From: Gammaproteobacteria bacterium
GTDB lineage: Bacteria > Pseudomonadota > Gammaproteobacteria > Steroidobacterales > Rariloculaceae
DNA: 64,000 bases
Direction of reading: 5' to 3'
Assembly (NCBI GenBank): GCA_963665575.2
Contig: CAXXDW010000002.1
Span: 71,936 to 135,935, forward strand
Shown: positions 18,301-28,441 of the stretch, one piece after another
How the letters are laid out: every line of letters starts with the position of its first letter
How positions within the stretch are numbered: position 1 is the stretch's first letter
Position numbers and translations under genes: made by a program
The notes under the pieces: model-generated
The model's input: the letters and a program-made list of their open reading frames with translations, nothing else
What the model was told of the DNA's origin: nothing
Databases searched by the model: none

Positions 18301-21300
18301 ACAACGACAACGAAGACAACAACCAGGGCGATAGCAACAACGCGCCGGAGTTCCCGGCGTCGACCGCCTCGCGCGATTTCGACGAAAACGTCGGCGACGC
18401 AACCTCGTCAGGCATCGACCTCGGCGCGCCGATTACGGCCGCCGATGACGACAGCGACACGCTGACCTACAGCCTCGAGGGCGCGGACGAGGCGGATTTC
18501 CTCATCGAGCCCTCGACCGGGCAGCTCTCGACGCGCTCAGGCACAAACTACAGCTACGAAACCCAAACCAGCTACTCGGTGACCGTAAAGGCCGACGACA
18601 GCAACGGCGGCACGGACACGATCGCCGTGACGATCGACCTCAACGACCTCGACGAGAAGCCGCTCAAGCCCGCCGCGCCTGGCGTGTCGTCAGTGTCCGA
18701 GCGCTGGACGAGACTCACCGTGAGCTGGTCGCCGCCGGACAACACCGGCCGCCCGTCCATCGCGACCTACGACCTGCAGTACAAGAAGCGCACCGAGACG
18801 GATCAGGACTGGAAGGACGGCCCGCAGAACGTCTCCGGCTCGCCGGCGAACCTGGATAACCTCGAAGCGAGCACGGCCTACGACGTGCAGATTCGCGCCA
18901 CCAATGCCGACGGCGACGGACCCTGGTCCGACTCCGGTTCCGGAACCACCAGCGACGCGCCGCCCGAGATCGAAAGCAACACGACCCGCAGCTTCGACGA
19001 GGACGTGGGCGACGGCACGCGAACCGGGGCCGATGTCGGCGCGCCCGTGACCGCGTCCGACCACGGCGCCAACCACAGTTATACGCTGAGCGGCACGGAT
19101 GCGGGCGCCTTCTCGATCGGTTCCACGACCGGGCAGATCCGCACGCTGAGCGGCGCCAACTACGACTACGAGGCCCAGAGCAGCTACTCGGTGATCGTGG
19201 ATTCCGACGACGGCAACAGCGGCACCGAGGCGATCCAGGTGATCATCAACGTCAACGACGTGACGGAGAAGCCGACGAAGCCCGCCGCGCCGATGGTCGA
19301 TAACATCGCCGGCAATACGCAGGTCATCTACGTGACCTGGACGGCGCCGTCGAACACGGGCCGCCCGCCGATCCTGAGCTACGACCTGCAATACCGCGAA
19401 GCGCCGAGCGGTTCCTGGTTCGACGGCCCGCAGGACGAGACCGGAATCACGGCAACCATCAGAGGCCTGTCGCCGAGCACCGAGTACGACGTGCAGGTTC
19501 GCGCCACCAACGCCGACGGCGACGGCCCCTGGTCCGACGACGGCAGCGCCACCACGAGCGCGGCGCTGCCAGCGACCTGCCTGATGTCGGAGAACGGCAA
19601 TTCGCGCTTGGCCGACGGCTTCACACCGAAAGAGGGGCGCGTTGAAGTCTGTGCCGAAGACCCCGACAACAGCGGCAGCTACATCTGGGGCGCGGTCTGC
19701 GACGACTACTGGACGGACGAGGAGGCGGGCGTGGTCTGCAGGCAGCTCGGCTATTACAACTCCGAACCCATCGGCGGCCGCTTCCTCAGGGCGTACTTCG
19801 GCGAGAGCGCGCTCGACTTCCTGCTCGACGACATGCAATGCGAGGGCACGGAATCGAATCTTCTGGGGTGCATGGTCGCAAGCGGCGGATTGGCCAGCAC
19901 GAAGATCGGCATGCACAACTGCAAGGCGACCGAAGCCGTTGGCGTGCGCTGCCTGACACAATCCGAATACGAGCAGCATGTACTTCAGATCGGGCCGGAC
20001 GAAAACAACCCGTCGGCCACGCTCTCGATCGCCGACGTGGACGTCTACGAGACCGCCGGCACGACCATGGACTTTGTGGTGACGCTCGCGGGAACCGCGC
20101 AGGGCACGGTGACCGTCAACTACGCGACTCAGGACGGCACGGCAAAGGCCAACGTCGATTACGTGCCCAAGAGCGGCATGGTGACCTTCCCGCCGGGTAC
20201 GACATCGCAAACGATCCGGATCACCGTTCTGGACGACCTCGTCGACGAGCACGACGAGCACGGCGAGCGGATGACCGTGCGGCTCTCTAGCGCCATCGGC
20301 GCGCGCATTGTAGACGGCGTGGGCTATGGGACCATCGAGAACAGCGACCCGCTGCCGCAGGCCTGGCTCGTCCGCTTCGGCCGCGCCGCCGCCGACCAGG
20401 CTGTCGAGGCGGTCACCAGCCGGATGTTCGAGCAGCAGGGCGCCCGGGCGTCGGAGCTCACTGTTGCGGGCCACAGGCTCGATCTCACCGGCGACGTGGA
20501 TCCGGCCGTGGCGGCTGCGATGGCGCAGGGGATGTACGGGGCGTATGGCTGGCCCTCCTCTGGGAGGGGGGTGGCGGGTTGGCCCTCCTCTGGGAGGGGC
20601 GTGGGCGGCTGGCCCTCCTCTGGGAGGGGGTCGGTTGGCTGGCCCTCCGGCGGGAGGGGGGTGGCTGGGTGGCCCTCCTTTGGGATGGGGTCGGCCGGAT
20701 TCGGGCAGGCCGGCCTCGCGAATGCGGGCTACGGCGGCAGCAATGCGTACGGATTGCTGGCCGGCAGTTCCTTCCGATGGGCGCTCGGCGCGGACGGCGA
20801 TATCGATGCCGACTCCGGCCGTGCTGGCCGCGAACCGGGCGCGATCTGGACGGCCTGGGGCTCGGGTGCCGCAACGCGCTTCAGCGGCAGCGACGACACG
20901 CTGTCGCTCTACGGCGACATCGCGACCGCCACGCTCGGCCTCGACCGCGAGCTCGGGTCATGGCTCACGGGCGTCGCGCTCGCCTTCAGCGTGGGCGAGG
21001 GCGGGTTCGCTCCGATCGGCGATGCCTCGGCTGTCGCCGCAGCCGGCGGCGCGGCGGCGCTCGACGCGGCAGTGGTCGGCGCGGCGGACGGGGCCATCGC
21101 GGGCGGCCTGATCGAAACGACCCTCACGACGCTCTATCCCTACGCGCGTTATGCGGTCAACGACCGGCTCTCGGTCTGGGGAATGCTCGGCTACGGCCAG
21201 GGCGATCTCAGGCTCATCGAGGGGCGGGCCGGCACGGCCTACGTTACCGACACCGGCATGGTCATGGGTGCGTTCGGTGCCCGCGGCGTGATTCTCGAGC

Positions 21301-22065
21301 GCAACGGCTTCGAACTGGCGCTGCGCACCGACGCGATGCAGGTGCGCACGGATTCAGACTCGGCGCCGGGGCTCGCAAGCTCCACGGGCGACACCGGCCG
21401 GGTCCGGGCGCTGCTTGAGGGCTCGCGATCGTTCGCCCTGGGCACGGGCCGCTCGCTTGAGCCGACCGTGGAGTTCGGGCTTCGCAACGACTCCGGCGAC
21501 GCCGAAACCGGCAGCGGCGTCGAGCTCGGGCTCGGCGTGCGTTACTCCGATGCGGCGCTCGGGCTGAGTGTCGAGGCCCGCGCCCGCGGCCTCGTGACCC
21601 ACCAGGACGCGAACTACGAAGAGTGGGGCGCCTGGGCGACGGTCAGGATCGATCCGGGCGACGACGGCCGCGGCGTCTCGCTGTCGCTGTCGCCGAGCTG
21701 GGGCGTGGCCGGCAGCGGCATGAACCGGATCTGGAACTCAGGCTTCGGCGGCGGTTACGGGGCGGGCTTCGGGCGCGGCTACGGCGGCGCCCCGGGCTAC
21801 GGCGGCACGTCCGGCAATCAATTCGACACGGCCGGTCGGCTGACCGCCGAACTCGGCTACGGCGTCGGCGCCTTCCAGGGGCTCGGCCTCGGCACCTGGT
21901 ACCTCGGCCTCGACCGGGGCCGGCCAGGACGCGCAACGCTTGCGCCTCGGCCGCCGCTGGCAACTCGGCACGCAACTGCACATGAGCGTCGAAGGCGCCC
22001 GCAACGAGTACTGGCTGCTCGATCCGGACCACTCCATCAGCGTCGGCGGGCTCGTGATCTGGTAG
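15324..22065 (+). CDS. Giant surface protein: 4 cadherin-like beta-sandwich, 3 FN3, 2 cadherin, SRCR, Calx-beta, C-terminal autotransporter-like barrel; +1 frameshift near 3' end
   Basis: LSDDA(A/T/R)LxAL repeats; FN3 (WSPPDNTGRP, YDVQxRATN); NNAPEF and DYE cadherin motifs; SRCR (EGRVEV…WGAVCDD…VVCRQLG…DDMQCEG…GVRC); Calx-beta (TVNYATQDGTA). Removing one G from GGGG at 21916-21919 gives …LRLGRRWQLG…ISVGGLVIW* with TAG at 22063-22065. Start uncertain. Confidence 0.85.
20547..20696 (+). repeat. 30-bp in-frame tandem repeat x5 (GWPSSGRGxx) with internal palindrome
   Basis: ggytggCCCTCCtctgGGAGGGg… units. Confidence 0.9.
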
Positions 22066-22135
22066 CGCGCGAAACGGGCGCGGTTCCCCAGGAATCCAAA
22101 TTGCCTTCCTGGCGCTGCGTGCTACGCTGGTGCGC

Positions 22136-22391
22136 ATGTCGCCGGAAATGTACACGATCATCAGCGTCGCCATAGGTCTTGCGGCGCTCATCCTGAACGG
22201 CCAGCGCGGCGTGTGGGAATTGCGCAAGGAGATAATTGGCCTGCGCAAGGAAATTACCTACCTGCGCAAGGAAATCGCGGTGGTTCGTGAACAGATTGCG
22301 GCGCTCGCAGAGCGCGTGGCCCCGCCTGGAGGGCGTCATTCTCGGTCCCCGCGGCTTTGCTCGCGAAACCGGTACGGGTGAGCCCGCGTAG
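22136..22391 (+). CDS. MSPEMY-family TM + coiled-coil protein, copy 1 (+1 frameshift at CCCC 22320-22323)
   Basis: MSPEMYTIISVAIGLAALIL…LRKEI heptads…ERVA/RLEGVILGP; paralog of 34572 and 36145. Confidence 0.75.
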
Positions 22392-22655
22392 CGAGACTTT
22401 CGTACTGTCCAGCGGGCACCAGGTCCGGTCATCCACGTTAAGCGACAGAGCACCCTCCACCGTTATTGTGAATGCATCGGCGCTGGTTCCTGCCTTGGGT
22501 GCGGCCCAGGATCAGCCTACCGAGGACGGATCAGAAGTCCGCGTATGGGTCGTCTATACCCCGGCGCTTCTCCGTTTCGCGAATCCGGACCAGTCACTCT
22601 AACCTTGAGTGTCTACATTGAATACACTGGATTCGAACTACGGTCGGAGCAAGAA

Positions 22656-22922
22656 ATGCGTATCGAGACGGAAATAAAAAAGTGGGGCAACAGCCTGGCA
22701 TTGAGGGTAACCGGCGCCATGGCCGAACTACCTCGATTCAAGCCCGGTACGCGGGTTACCGTCGACGTGAGCGGGGACGGATTTGTCGTCAAGCGTGCGC
22801 AGGGGCGGATCGGAAAGTTCCGCTTTCCCCATGATGAAGCCGCGCTGTTGGCGGAAATGACTGCGGAAAATTCACATGCGGATTTGCTTGCAGATCCGGT
22901 CGGTCCCGAGATCGGCGACTAG
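22656..22922 (+). CDS. mazE: MazE/AbrB-family antitoxin
   Basis: MRIETEIKKWGNSLALR…; directly upstream of a PemK/MazF toxin. Confidence 0.9.
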   Translation: MRIETEIKKWGNSLALRVTGAMAELPRFKPGTRVTVDVSGDGFVVKRAQGRIGKFRFPHDEAALLAEMTAENSHADLLADPVGPEIGD

Positions 22923-23282
22923 ATGGCCGCGCTGGCCTATGTCCCCGAACGGCAGGACATCGTTTGGCTCGACTTCGAGCTGACCAAGGGCAAGGAGATC
23001 GGCAAGAATCGGCCAGCGCTCGTGTTGAGCAGTCGCGACTACAACAGCAGGGCGGGTCTGCTGATCTGTTGTCCGATCAGCACCAGCATTCGCGGCGGGT
23101 CCACGGAAGTGCCGATCGCCCATCTTGACCAGCCTACCGGCGTTGCCGCGAACCTGGTCCAGACCCTGGCCTGGAGGGAGCGAAAGGCGCGAAGGATCGC
23201 TGCTGCGACGTCTGAGGAGTTCAGGTCGACCTTGTTGAAGCTGTTGCCGTTGCTGGGCGCTCTCGACATTCCTGGCGACTGA
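22923..23282 (+). CDS. mazF: PemK/MazF endoribonuclease toxin
   Basis: YVPERQDIVWLDF…GKEIGKNRPALVLS…YN…CCPIST. Confidence 0.9.
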   Translation: MAALAYVPERQDIVWLDFELTKGKEIGKNRPALVLSSRDYNSRAGLLICCPISTSIRGGSTEVPIAHLDQPTGVAANLVQTLAWRERKARRIAAATSEEFRSTLLKLLPLLGALDIPGD

Positions 23283-23416
23283 CGACCTCGGCGCCACCGA
23301 CCGGCGGGCCACGTCAGTCGCACAGAACCACTTGATGCCGTACGTATGCGCCTGCGCGAGGAGAACGAGCTGCGCGAGGCGTATGGCCAATGACCGAGCG
23401 AATCTCCCACCACTGC

Positions 23417-23491
23417 TCAAGAACACCGATAGGCGGCGATATCTTCCGGCGTTTGCAGAAATTCGCTGGCCCGATGAATCTTGATTGGCAT
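23417..23491 (-). pseudogene. Fragment of addiction-module antidote (HI1420-like), copy 1
   Basis: MPIKIHRASEFLQTPEDIAAY, then truncated. Confidence 0.55.
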
Positions 23492-23588
23492 CTTGTTTCT
23501 CCCACTTGTAGGCATTTCAGTTTCCGGTTATTTGATTGCATTGCTAGCATTGCGTAAATTGTCGCTACGGACCTGAGAGGAGCCGAGA

Positions 23589-23833
23589 ATGGCGAGCATT
23601 ACGATCCGAAATATCGACGACGAGGTGAAGACACGGCTACGTGTGCGCGCAGCACAAAACGGCCGATCCATGGAAGAGGAAGCCCGTCGCATCTTGCGCG
23701 AAGCGGTCCGGCGCAAGCACGACTCGCAAGATCTCGCGAGGCTTATCGGTGCTCGGTTCGGGGGCCTCTTGGTGGCGTGGAGCTCGAGTTGCCGCCGCGA
23801 GAGCCGGGTCGCGAGCCGCCCATTTTCGACTAG
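23589..23833 (+). CDS. fitA: FitA-like ribbon-helix-helix antitoxin (frameshift in G run ~23760-23764 reads it through into VapC)
   Basis: MASITIRNIDDEVKTRLRVRAAQNGRSMEEEAR. The paralog at 36667 shows the normal C-terminus, which here ends at TAG 23831-23833 in another frame. TGCTAGCA palindrome upstream. Confidence 0.8.
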
Positions 23834-23843
23834 GCAGGCGGCG

Positions 23844-24266
23844 ATGATCCTGCTGGACACCAACGTCGTTTCCGAACTTATGCGTTTGTCGCCTGACCCG
23901 GTCGTTGTAGCCTGGGTGTCCGATCGTCCGGCGGACAGTCTGTACTTTTCCGCCATTGGCGAGGCGGAACTGCGCTACGGACTGCAAGTTATGCCGATGG
24001 GACGGCGCAAGGAGAGAATTGGTTCCGAGGTGGAAGCCATGCTGCAGGAGGATTTCCAGGGGAGGATCCTGCCCTTCGACAGCGCTGCGGCTCGTGCATA
24101 CGCGAGCATTGCCGCAACGCGACGGGCGGCTGGCCGTCGCGTTGCCCTGGCCGATAGCCAGATCGCGGCAATCGCTGTTTCCCGCGGCATGGCGGTGGCG
24201 ACCCGCAATGTCCGGGATTTCGAGGACACGGAAATAGAGGTGATCAATCCCTGGTTGCAGGCATGA
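23844..24266 (+). CDS. vapC: VapC/FitB PIN toxin
   Basis: MILLDTNVVSELMR…ELRYG…DSQIAAIA…VATRNVRDF…INPW. Confidence 0.92.
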   Translation: MILLDTNVVSELMRLSPDPVVVAWVSDRPADSLYFSAIGEAELRYGLQVMPMGRRKERIGSEVEAMLQEDFQGRILPFDSAAARAYASIAATRRAAGRRVALADSQIAAIAVSRGMAVATRNVRDFEDTEIEVINPWLQA

Positions 24267-24320
24267 ACGGACTGCCGGTGATTGAATCGCCTTCCTGCTG
24301 CCGCGTGCTACGGTGCTGGC

Positions 24321-24359
24321 ATGCCCGACGTCATATACGTTGCGAAGGTACTGGCCTGA
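24321..24359 (+). pseudogene. Last 12 codons of a VapC (paralog of 35644-36039) fused behind an MSPEMY-type promoter
   Basis: atgcccgacgtcatatacgttgcgaaggtactggcctga versus 36001-36039. Confidence 0.7.
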
Positions 24360-24575
24360 CGCGGCCGTGTTTGCGATTCAACACCTGGACTGCGGACACT
24401 TATCGACGTGAATTTGCATCCGATCAGGTCTGCTGCATCGGTTCTCGCGTGTCTTGCGTTGGTCTCTGGCCGGCTGTCGGCGAGATCAACGCGGACACCG
24501 CGCTCGATGAAACGACCATTGGCGCTAGTCTGTGCCTGGTTCGCGGCGACATCAGCACGGGCAATACTACGTAGC

Positions 24576-24613
24576 TTGCCCGTGTATTCAATATTGTTTA
24601 ACTTGAATACACG
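24576..24613 (+). promoter_or_regulatory. parDE promoter/operator
   Basis: TTGCCC-N17-TAACTT overlapped by a perfect 11-bp inverted repeat CGTGTATTCAA-N11-TTGAATACACG. Confidence 0.75.
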
Positions 24614-24633
24614 ATACGCGGTGAGAGGAGTTC

Positions 24634-24900
24634 ATGCGGCGCACGACCACGATGACGGTGCGCATCAGCGGTGCACTTAGCGACTTTGTCTCGGCCAATG
24701 TGGGCGAATCGGGGGCATACGAGAGCGTCAGTGAGTACATTCGCGACCTGATTCGCCGCGACAAGACTCGGGCCGAGCGGGAAGCCCTGGAACTTCTGAA
24801 GGCCGAGCTGAAACGCGCCTTTGCTGCGCCGGACGATTCCTACCATGCGCTGTCGGCTTCCGACGTGATCGCGAGAAACCGGTTGCTACCGAAGGCATGA
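24634..24900 (+). CDS. parD: ParD-like RHH antitoxin
   Basis: TMTVRISGALSDFV…GAYESVSEYIRDLIRRD. Confidence 0.88.
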   Translation: MRRTTTMTVRISGALSDFVSANVGESGAYESVSEYIRDLIRRDKTRAEREALELLKAELKRAFAAPDDSYHALSASDVIARNRLLPKA

Positions 24901-25211
24901 CGCGGATACGCGTCCAGGAAGCGGCCGCAGCACGCATCGACGATATCTACCGCTACACCCGAGAGCGCTGGGGCGAGGCCCAGGCAGACGAATACGTCAC
25001 CGGCCTGTTTGACGCATTCGAAGGCATCGAGGCTGGCACGGCCGCATCGCGGCCGGTTCCCGCGCAGTTCGGGGTGGAGGGTTACGTCTTCCGATACAGG
25101 TCGCACTTCGTCTACTGGAAGCGATTGGCCGACGGAACACTCGGCATTGTCACGGTGCTGCATGAACGCATGCACCAGATCGGTCGATTCCTCGCGGATC
25201 ACGAGTCCTGA
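24897..25211 (+). CDS. parE: ParE/RelE toxin
   Basis: DDIYRYTRERWGEAQADEY…HFVYW…IVTVLHERM; ATGA overlap with parD. Confidence 0.9.
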   Translation: MTRIRVQEAAAARIDDIYRYTRERWGEAQADEYVTGLFDAFEGIEAGTAASRPVPAQFGVEGYVFRYRSHFVYWKRLADGTLGIVTVLHERMHQIGRFLADHES

Positions 25212-25636
25212 GAGGCGCCCGCAACCGGCACGCATCAGCTCCCGCTCGCAGTTACTCCGTCCGGTGGCCGGCAAAGCCCAACCGTCTGACGAGGAACTGA
25301 AGGCCATGCTGCGCTGGGCCAACGAGCCGCGCAAGGCGAATGGTTAGCGACTATGCGAGATCGTTCAGGTCGAGCGGAACGACACGGGCGAAGAACGCAA
25401 CGGCACCGTCGGCGTGGCCGGTGCCAACATAGAGTTCCGCCAACTGGCAGTTGACGCGGCCATCGAAGCGCTGGTACTTCCAAAAAAACCAAGTAAATCG
25501 AGTTTCGCCACTTTCGCCAGCAATTCCGCGCGGTTCCGGCGCGTGAATTGGCCAGGCGGCTCACGCTTGGGCAGAATCTCGTTTGCAGTCGCTCGGCACT
25601 TACGCGCGGGCGTCATTTGGTCGAAGGAGAGTCGCT

Positions 25637-28351
25637 GTGCGGACAGGAACGTTGTTTCGGGTTGTCGGGTTGTCGATGATGTGTGGGCTCGCGTTCCCGA
25701 CAGGAGGGCAGGTACTGCCGATCGAGCCGACGATCGTCCAGGGGCGGCCGGTCGTGCTTCTGCCGTCCGGCGTCGCGGAGCTTTCCGGTTCTGCGATGGC
25801 CGATGACGTGAATATCAGCGTATCGACCGACGAAAACCTGCGCACCCACCGCGCGTTCTATCACGGCAGCATCTACACGGCCTACGAGGATGCATCGAGG
25901 CCGGCGACTCGACTCGCGTTCGATCCGGCGTCACGACGGTTCAGAACCTTGTCGTCGACCATCCGGGTCGAACTGCACGATCCCGACAATATCGAAACAC
26001 TGGTCCGCGACCAGGGTGCGTTCCATGGCAAGTCATACCCCGAACTGGGGTTCGCGTTGATCCGGCTGGGACGCGACGTGGACCTTGCGCGCGCCGTCGG
26101 ACTATTGAACGCGGACCCGCGCGTCCGTGAAGCGCATCTCCAGTTTGAGCCCGTGCTGCGCGAGCCAATGGTCGCGCCGATCCTCCGCGCTCGGCCAGGA
26201 GCATCTTCGACGCGCCCATCAGGTAAGTCGGGAACGACGGACTCGCTTGCATCGAAGATTTACATCTTTACCAGAATCGACATTCAGGAAGACGACTTTG
26301 CCCTGAACGTCCGGATTGCGAACTTCGGCGCAGGCGCTTCGGTTGCGGCAACGTTTCGAGCCCAGTTGTTCAGGTTCGTGCCGGACGACTCGACGATGGA
26401 CGTAAACGACGTAACCATATCGCTTGTCGCGACTACGGATGCGCAGATTCCTGCCCTCGATGGCAAGGACGCGTCGCTGAAGATAGAGTTGCTGTTCAGC
26501 ACCAACGAACTCCATGCGGGCGAGACCTACTATGTGTTGCTCCGCGCATTCGAAGGAACCGACATGCTGGACGACGCTGAGGTGCTCGCGCGAAGCTTCA
26601 GCGGCTTTACTCTGGACGGCCTGAAACGCGTGCAGCATGTCTGCATCGAGCCGGGCCGGGGTTCTGCCGCCGGCACCCCGGACCCTCTCTTGGCGCAGCA
26701 ATGGTATCTGGACAACACCGGTCAGACCGCTTATGCCGCCAGTGGCGGAGTTCGCGACGAGGACGTGCAGATGGACGATGTGCTTGAGGATGGCCCCACC
26801 GGCAACGGCGTACGGGTGGCCGTTGTCGATTCCGGCCTTGAGATTTGTCATCCTGATCTCAGAGCCAATGTCGAGGCCGGCGCATCCTACAACTTCAATG
26901 CGATCGAGTCGGTCGCTGCATTTTATGTACCGGAGGCGTTTCGACTCGACTCGACCGACCCGTTCAATTTCGAGTCCGTGGGCGATCACGGAACCAGCGT
27001 CGCGGGCATCATCGCGGCGGAGGCCGACAACGGCATCGGCATTCGCGGGATCGCGCCCGACGTCCGGCTGCGCGGTTACAATTTTCTTAACGCGGTCGAC
27101 TCGTTGCAGGCGTTTATCGGATCGCTCGGCGCAAGTCGTTTCCTGCCGGATTCAAGCGATGTCGATGTCTTCAATTTGAGCTGGGGAAGCCTCGGGGAAT
27201 CGCCGGTCAACCCCGATCCGATAACCGAACAGGTGTTCGCGCTCGGCACTCGAACGTTGCGCTCCGGGCTTGGCGCCGTCTATGTCAAGGCGGCGGGCAA
27301 CGGCTTTCAGCGGTGCATGTCGCTCGAACAAGAGATCAACGCTGAGATCGGCTGCGTATCGTCCAACTCCGACGACGTCAACAACCTGCCTTACGTGATC
27401 GTCGTCGGTGCCTTCAACGCGCGCGGCAAGCGATCGAGTTACTCCAGTGCCGGGCCGAACCTGTGGGTCAGCGCGCCCGGGGGCGAGTACGGTGTCAGCG
27501 AACCGGCGTTGGCAACGGTGGATCAGATGGGCCTCAAGCGTGGCTTGCCGGTGATCCTGGAACCGTTGTTCGGGTTTGCAGCTCCGCTCGACGATCAATC
27601 GACGGTGAATCCCGATGGCGACTACACGGCGCTCATAAACGGTACTTCGGCGGCCGTACCGAACGTGACCGGGGCCGTCGCGCTGCTGCTTGAAGAGGAG
27701 CCAGGTCTGACCTGGCGCGATGTCAAGTATGTTCTCGCGAAGACCGCTCGCAAGATCGACCCCAACATTGCGGCGTTCAGGGAAACGTTCGGTACGAACC
27801 CGCGCACGCTGCGGCTTGCCTGGACGAACAATGCCGCAGGCTACAGCTATCACGACTGGTACGGCTTCGGTGCCGTGGACATCGACGCCGCGGTCGACTT
27901 CCTTGACGACTACACTCCTGACTCTCTGGGCGAATTCAGACAATCCGGGTGGTTCGAGAAGAACACTTCGCTTTCGATACCGGACAACAATGGCGCAGGC
28001 GCCATTCAAACGCTATCGGTGAGCGGCTTGCCTGACGATGCGAGCATCGAAGCGGTGGTTCTGGAGGTAGACGTCAGCCATGATTTTCCGAACGATCTCG
28101 GCATTCATCTCGATTCGCCGCACGGCACGCGCAGCGTTCTCAACCAGGCGTTCAGTGAAACGCTTGCTATTGACGACGGCGACAACAAGGTTGAGTTCAA
28201 GTGGCGCATCCTGAGCAACGCCTTCTTCGGGGAAACGCCGAACGGAACCTGGAGGATCGAGGTGTTCGATGCGGCGGCCGAAGATACCGGTACGCTCGAG
28301 GCGTGGCGCCTGCAGATCTATTACGGCACGCATCCTTCAGACGATGACTGA
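25637..28351 (+). CDS. S8 subtilisin/kexin-like serine protease with proprotein-convertase P domain
   Basis: VAVVDSG, HGTSVAG, AAGNG, GTSAAVP, LTWRDV, YGFG and P-domain (IPDN…GTWRIEVFD) motifs. GTG start after GAAGGAG. Confidence 0.92.
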   Translation: MRTGTLFRVVGLSMMCGLAFPTGGQVLPIEPTIVQGRPVVLLPSGVAELSGSAMADDVNISVSTDENLRTHRAFYHGSIYTAYEDASRPATRLAFDPASRRFRTLSSTIRVELHDPDNIETLVRDQGAFHGKSYPELGFALIRLGRDVDLARAVGLLNADPRVREAHLQFEPVLREPMVAPILRARPGASSTRPSGKSGTTDSLASKIYIFTRIDIQEDDFALNVRIANFGAGASVAATFRAQLFRFVPDDSTMDVNDVTISLVATTDAQIPALDGKDASLKIELLFSTNELHAGETYYVLLRAFEGTDMLDDAEVLARSFSGFTLDGLKRVQHVCIEPGRGSAAGTPDPLLAQQWYLDNTGQTAYAASGGVRDEDVQMDDVLEDGPTGNGVRVAVVDSGLEICHPDLRANVEAGASYNFNAIESVAAFYVPEAFRLDSTDPFNFESVGDHGTSVAGIIAAEADNGIGIRGIAPDVRLRGYNFLNAVDSLQAFIGSLGASRFLPDSSDVDVFNLSWGSLGESPVNPDPITEQVFALGTRTLRSGLGAVYVKAAGNGFQRCMSLEQEINAEIGCVSSNSDDVNNLPYVIVVGAFNARGKRSSYSSAGPNLWVSAPGGEYGVSEPALATVDQMGLKRGLPVILEPLFGFAAPLDDQSTVNPDGDYTALINGTSAAVPNVTGAVALLLEEEPGLTWRDVKYVLAKTARKIDPNIAAFRETFGTNPRTLRLAWTNNAAGYSYHDWYGFGAVDIDAAVDFLDDYTPDSLGEFRQSGWFEKNTSLSIPDNNGAGAIQTLSVSGLPDDASIEAVVLEVDVSHDFPNDLGIHLDSPHGTRSVLNQAFSETLAIDDGDNKVEFKWRILSNAFFGETPNGTWRIEVFDAAAEDTGTLEAWRLQIYYGTHPSDDD

Positions 28352-28441
28352 AACCAGGAGTAAGAAAAGTTCGCGTCGGCGCGCTGACGGTGCGATGGTG
28401 AGGCGCCGCCTATTCTTGTCCCTGTTATTTCCTGCGGGCGG

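Noticed and set aside
22066-22175. C-terminal tail of the 2288-aa ORF
   Set aside because: It results from a +1 frameshift at 21916-21919. The barrel-type ending (…VIW*) is in another frame, with its stop at 22065.
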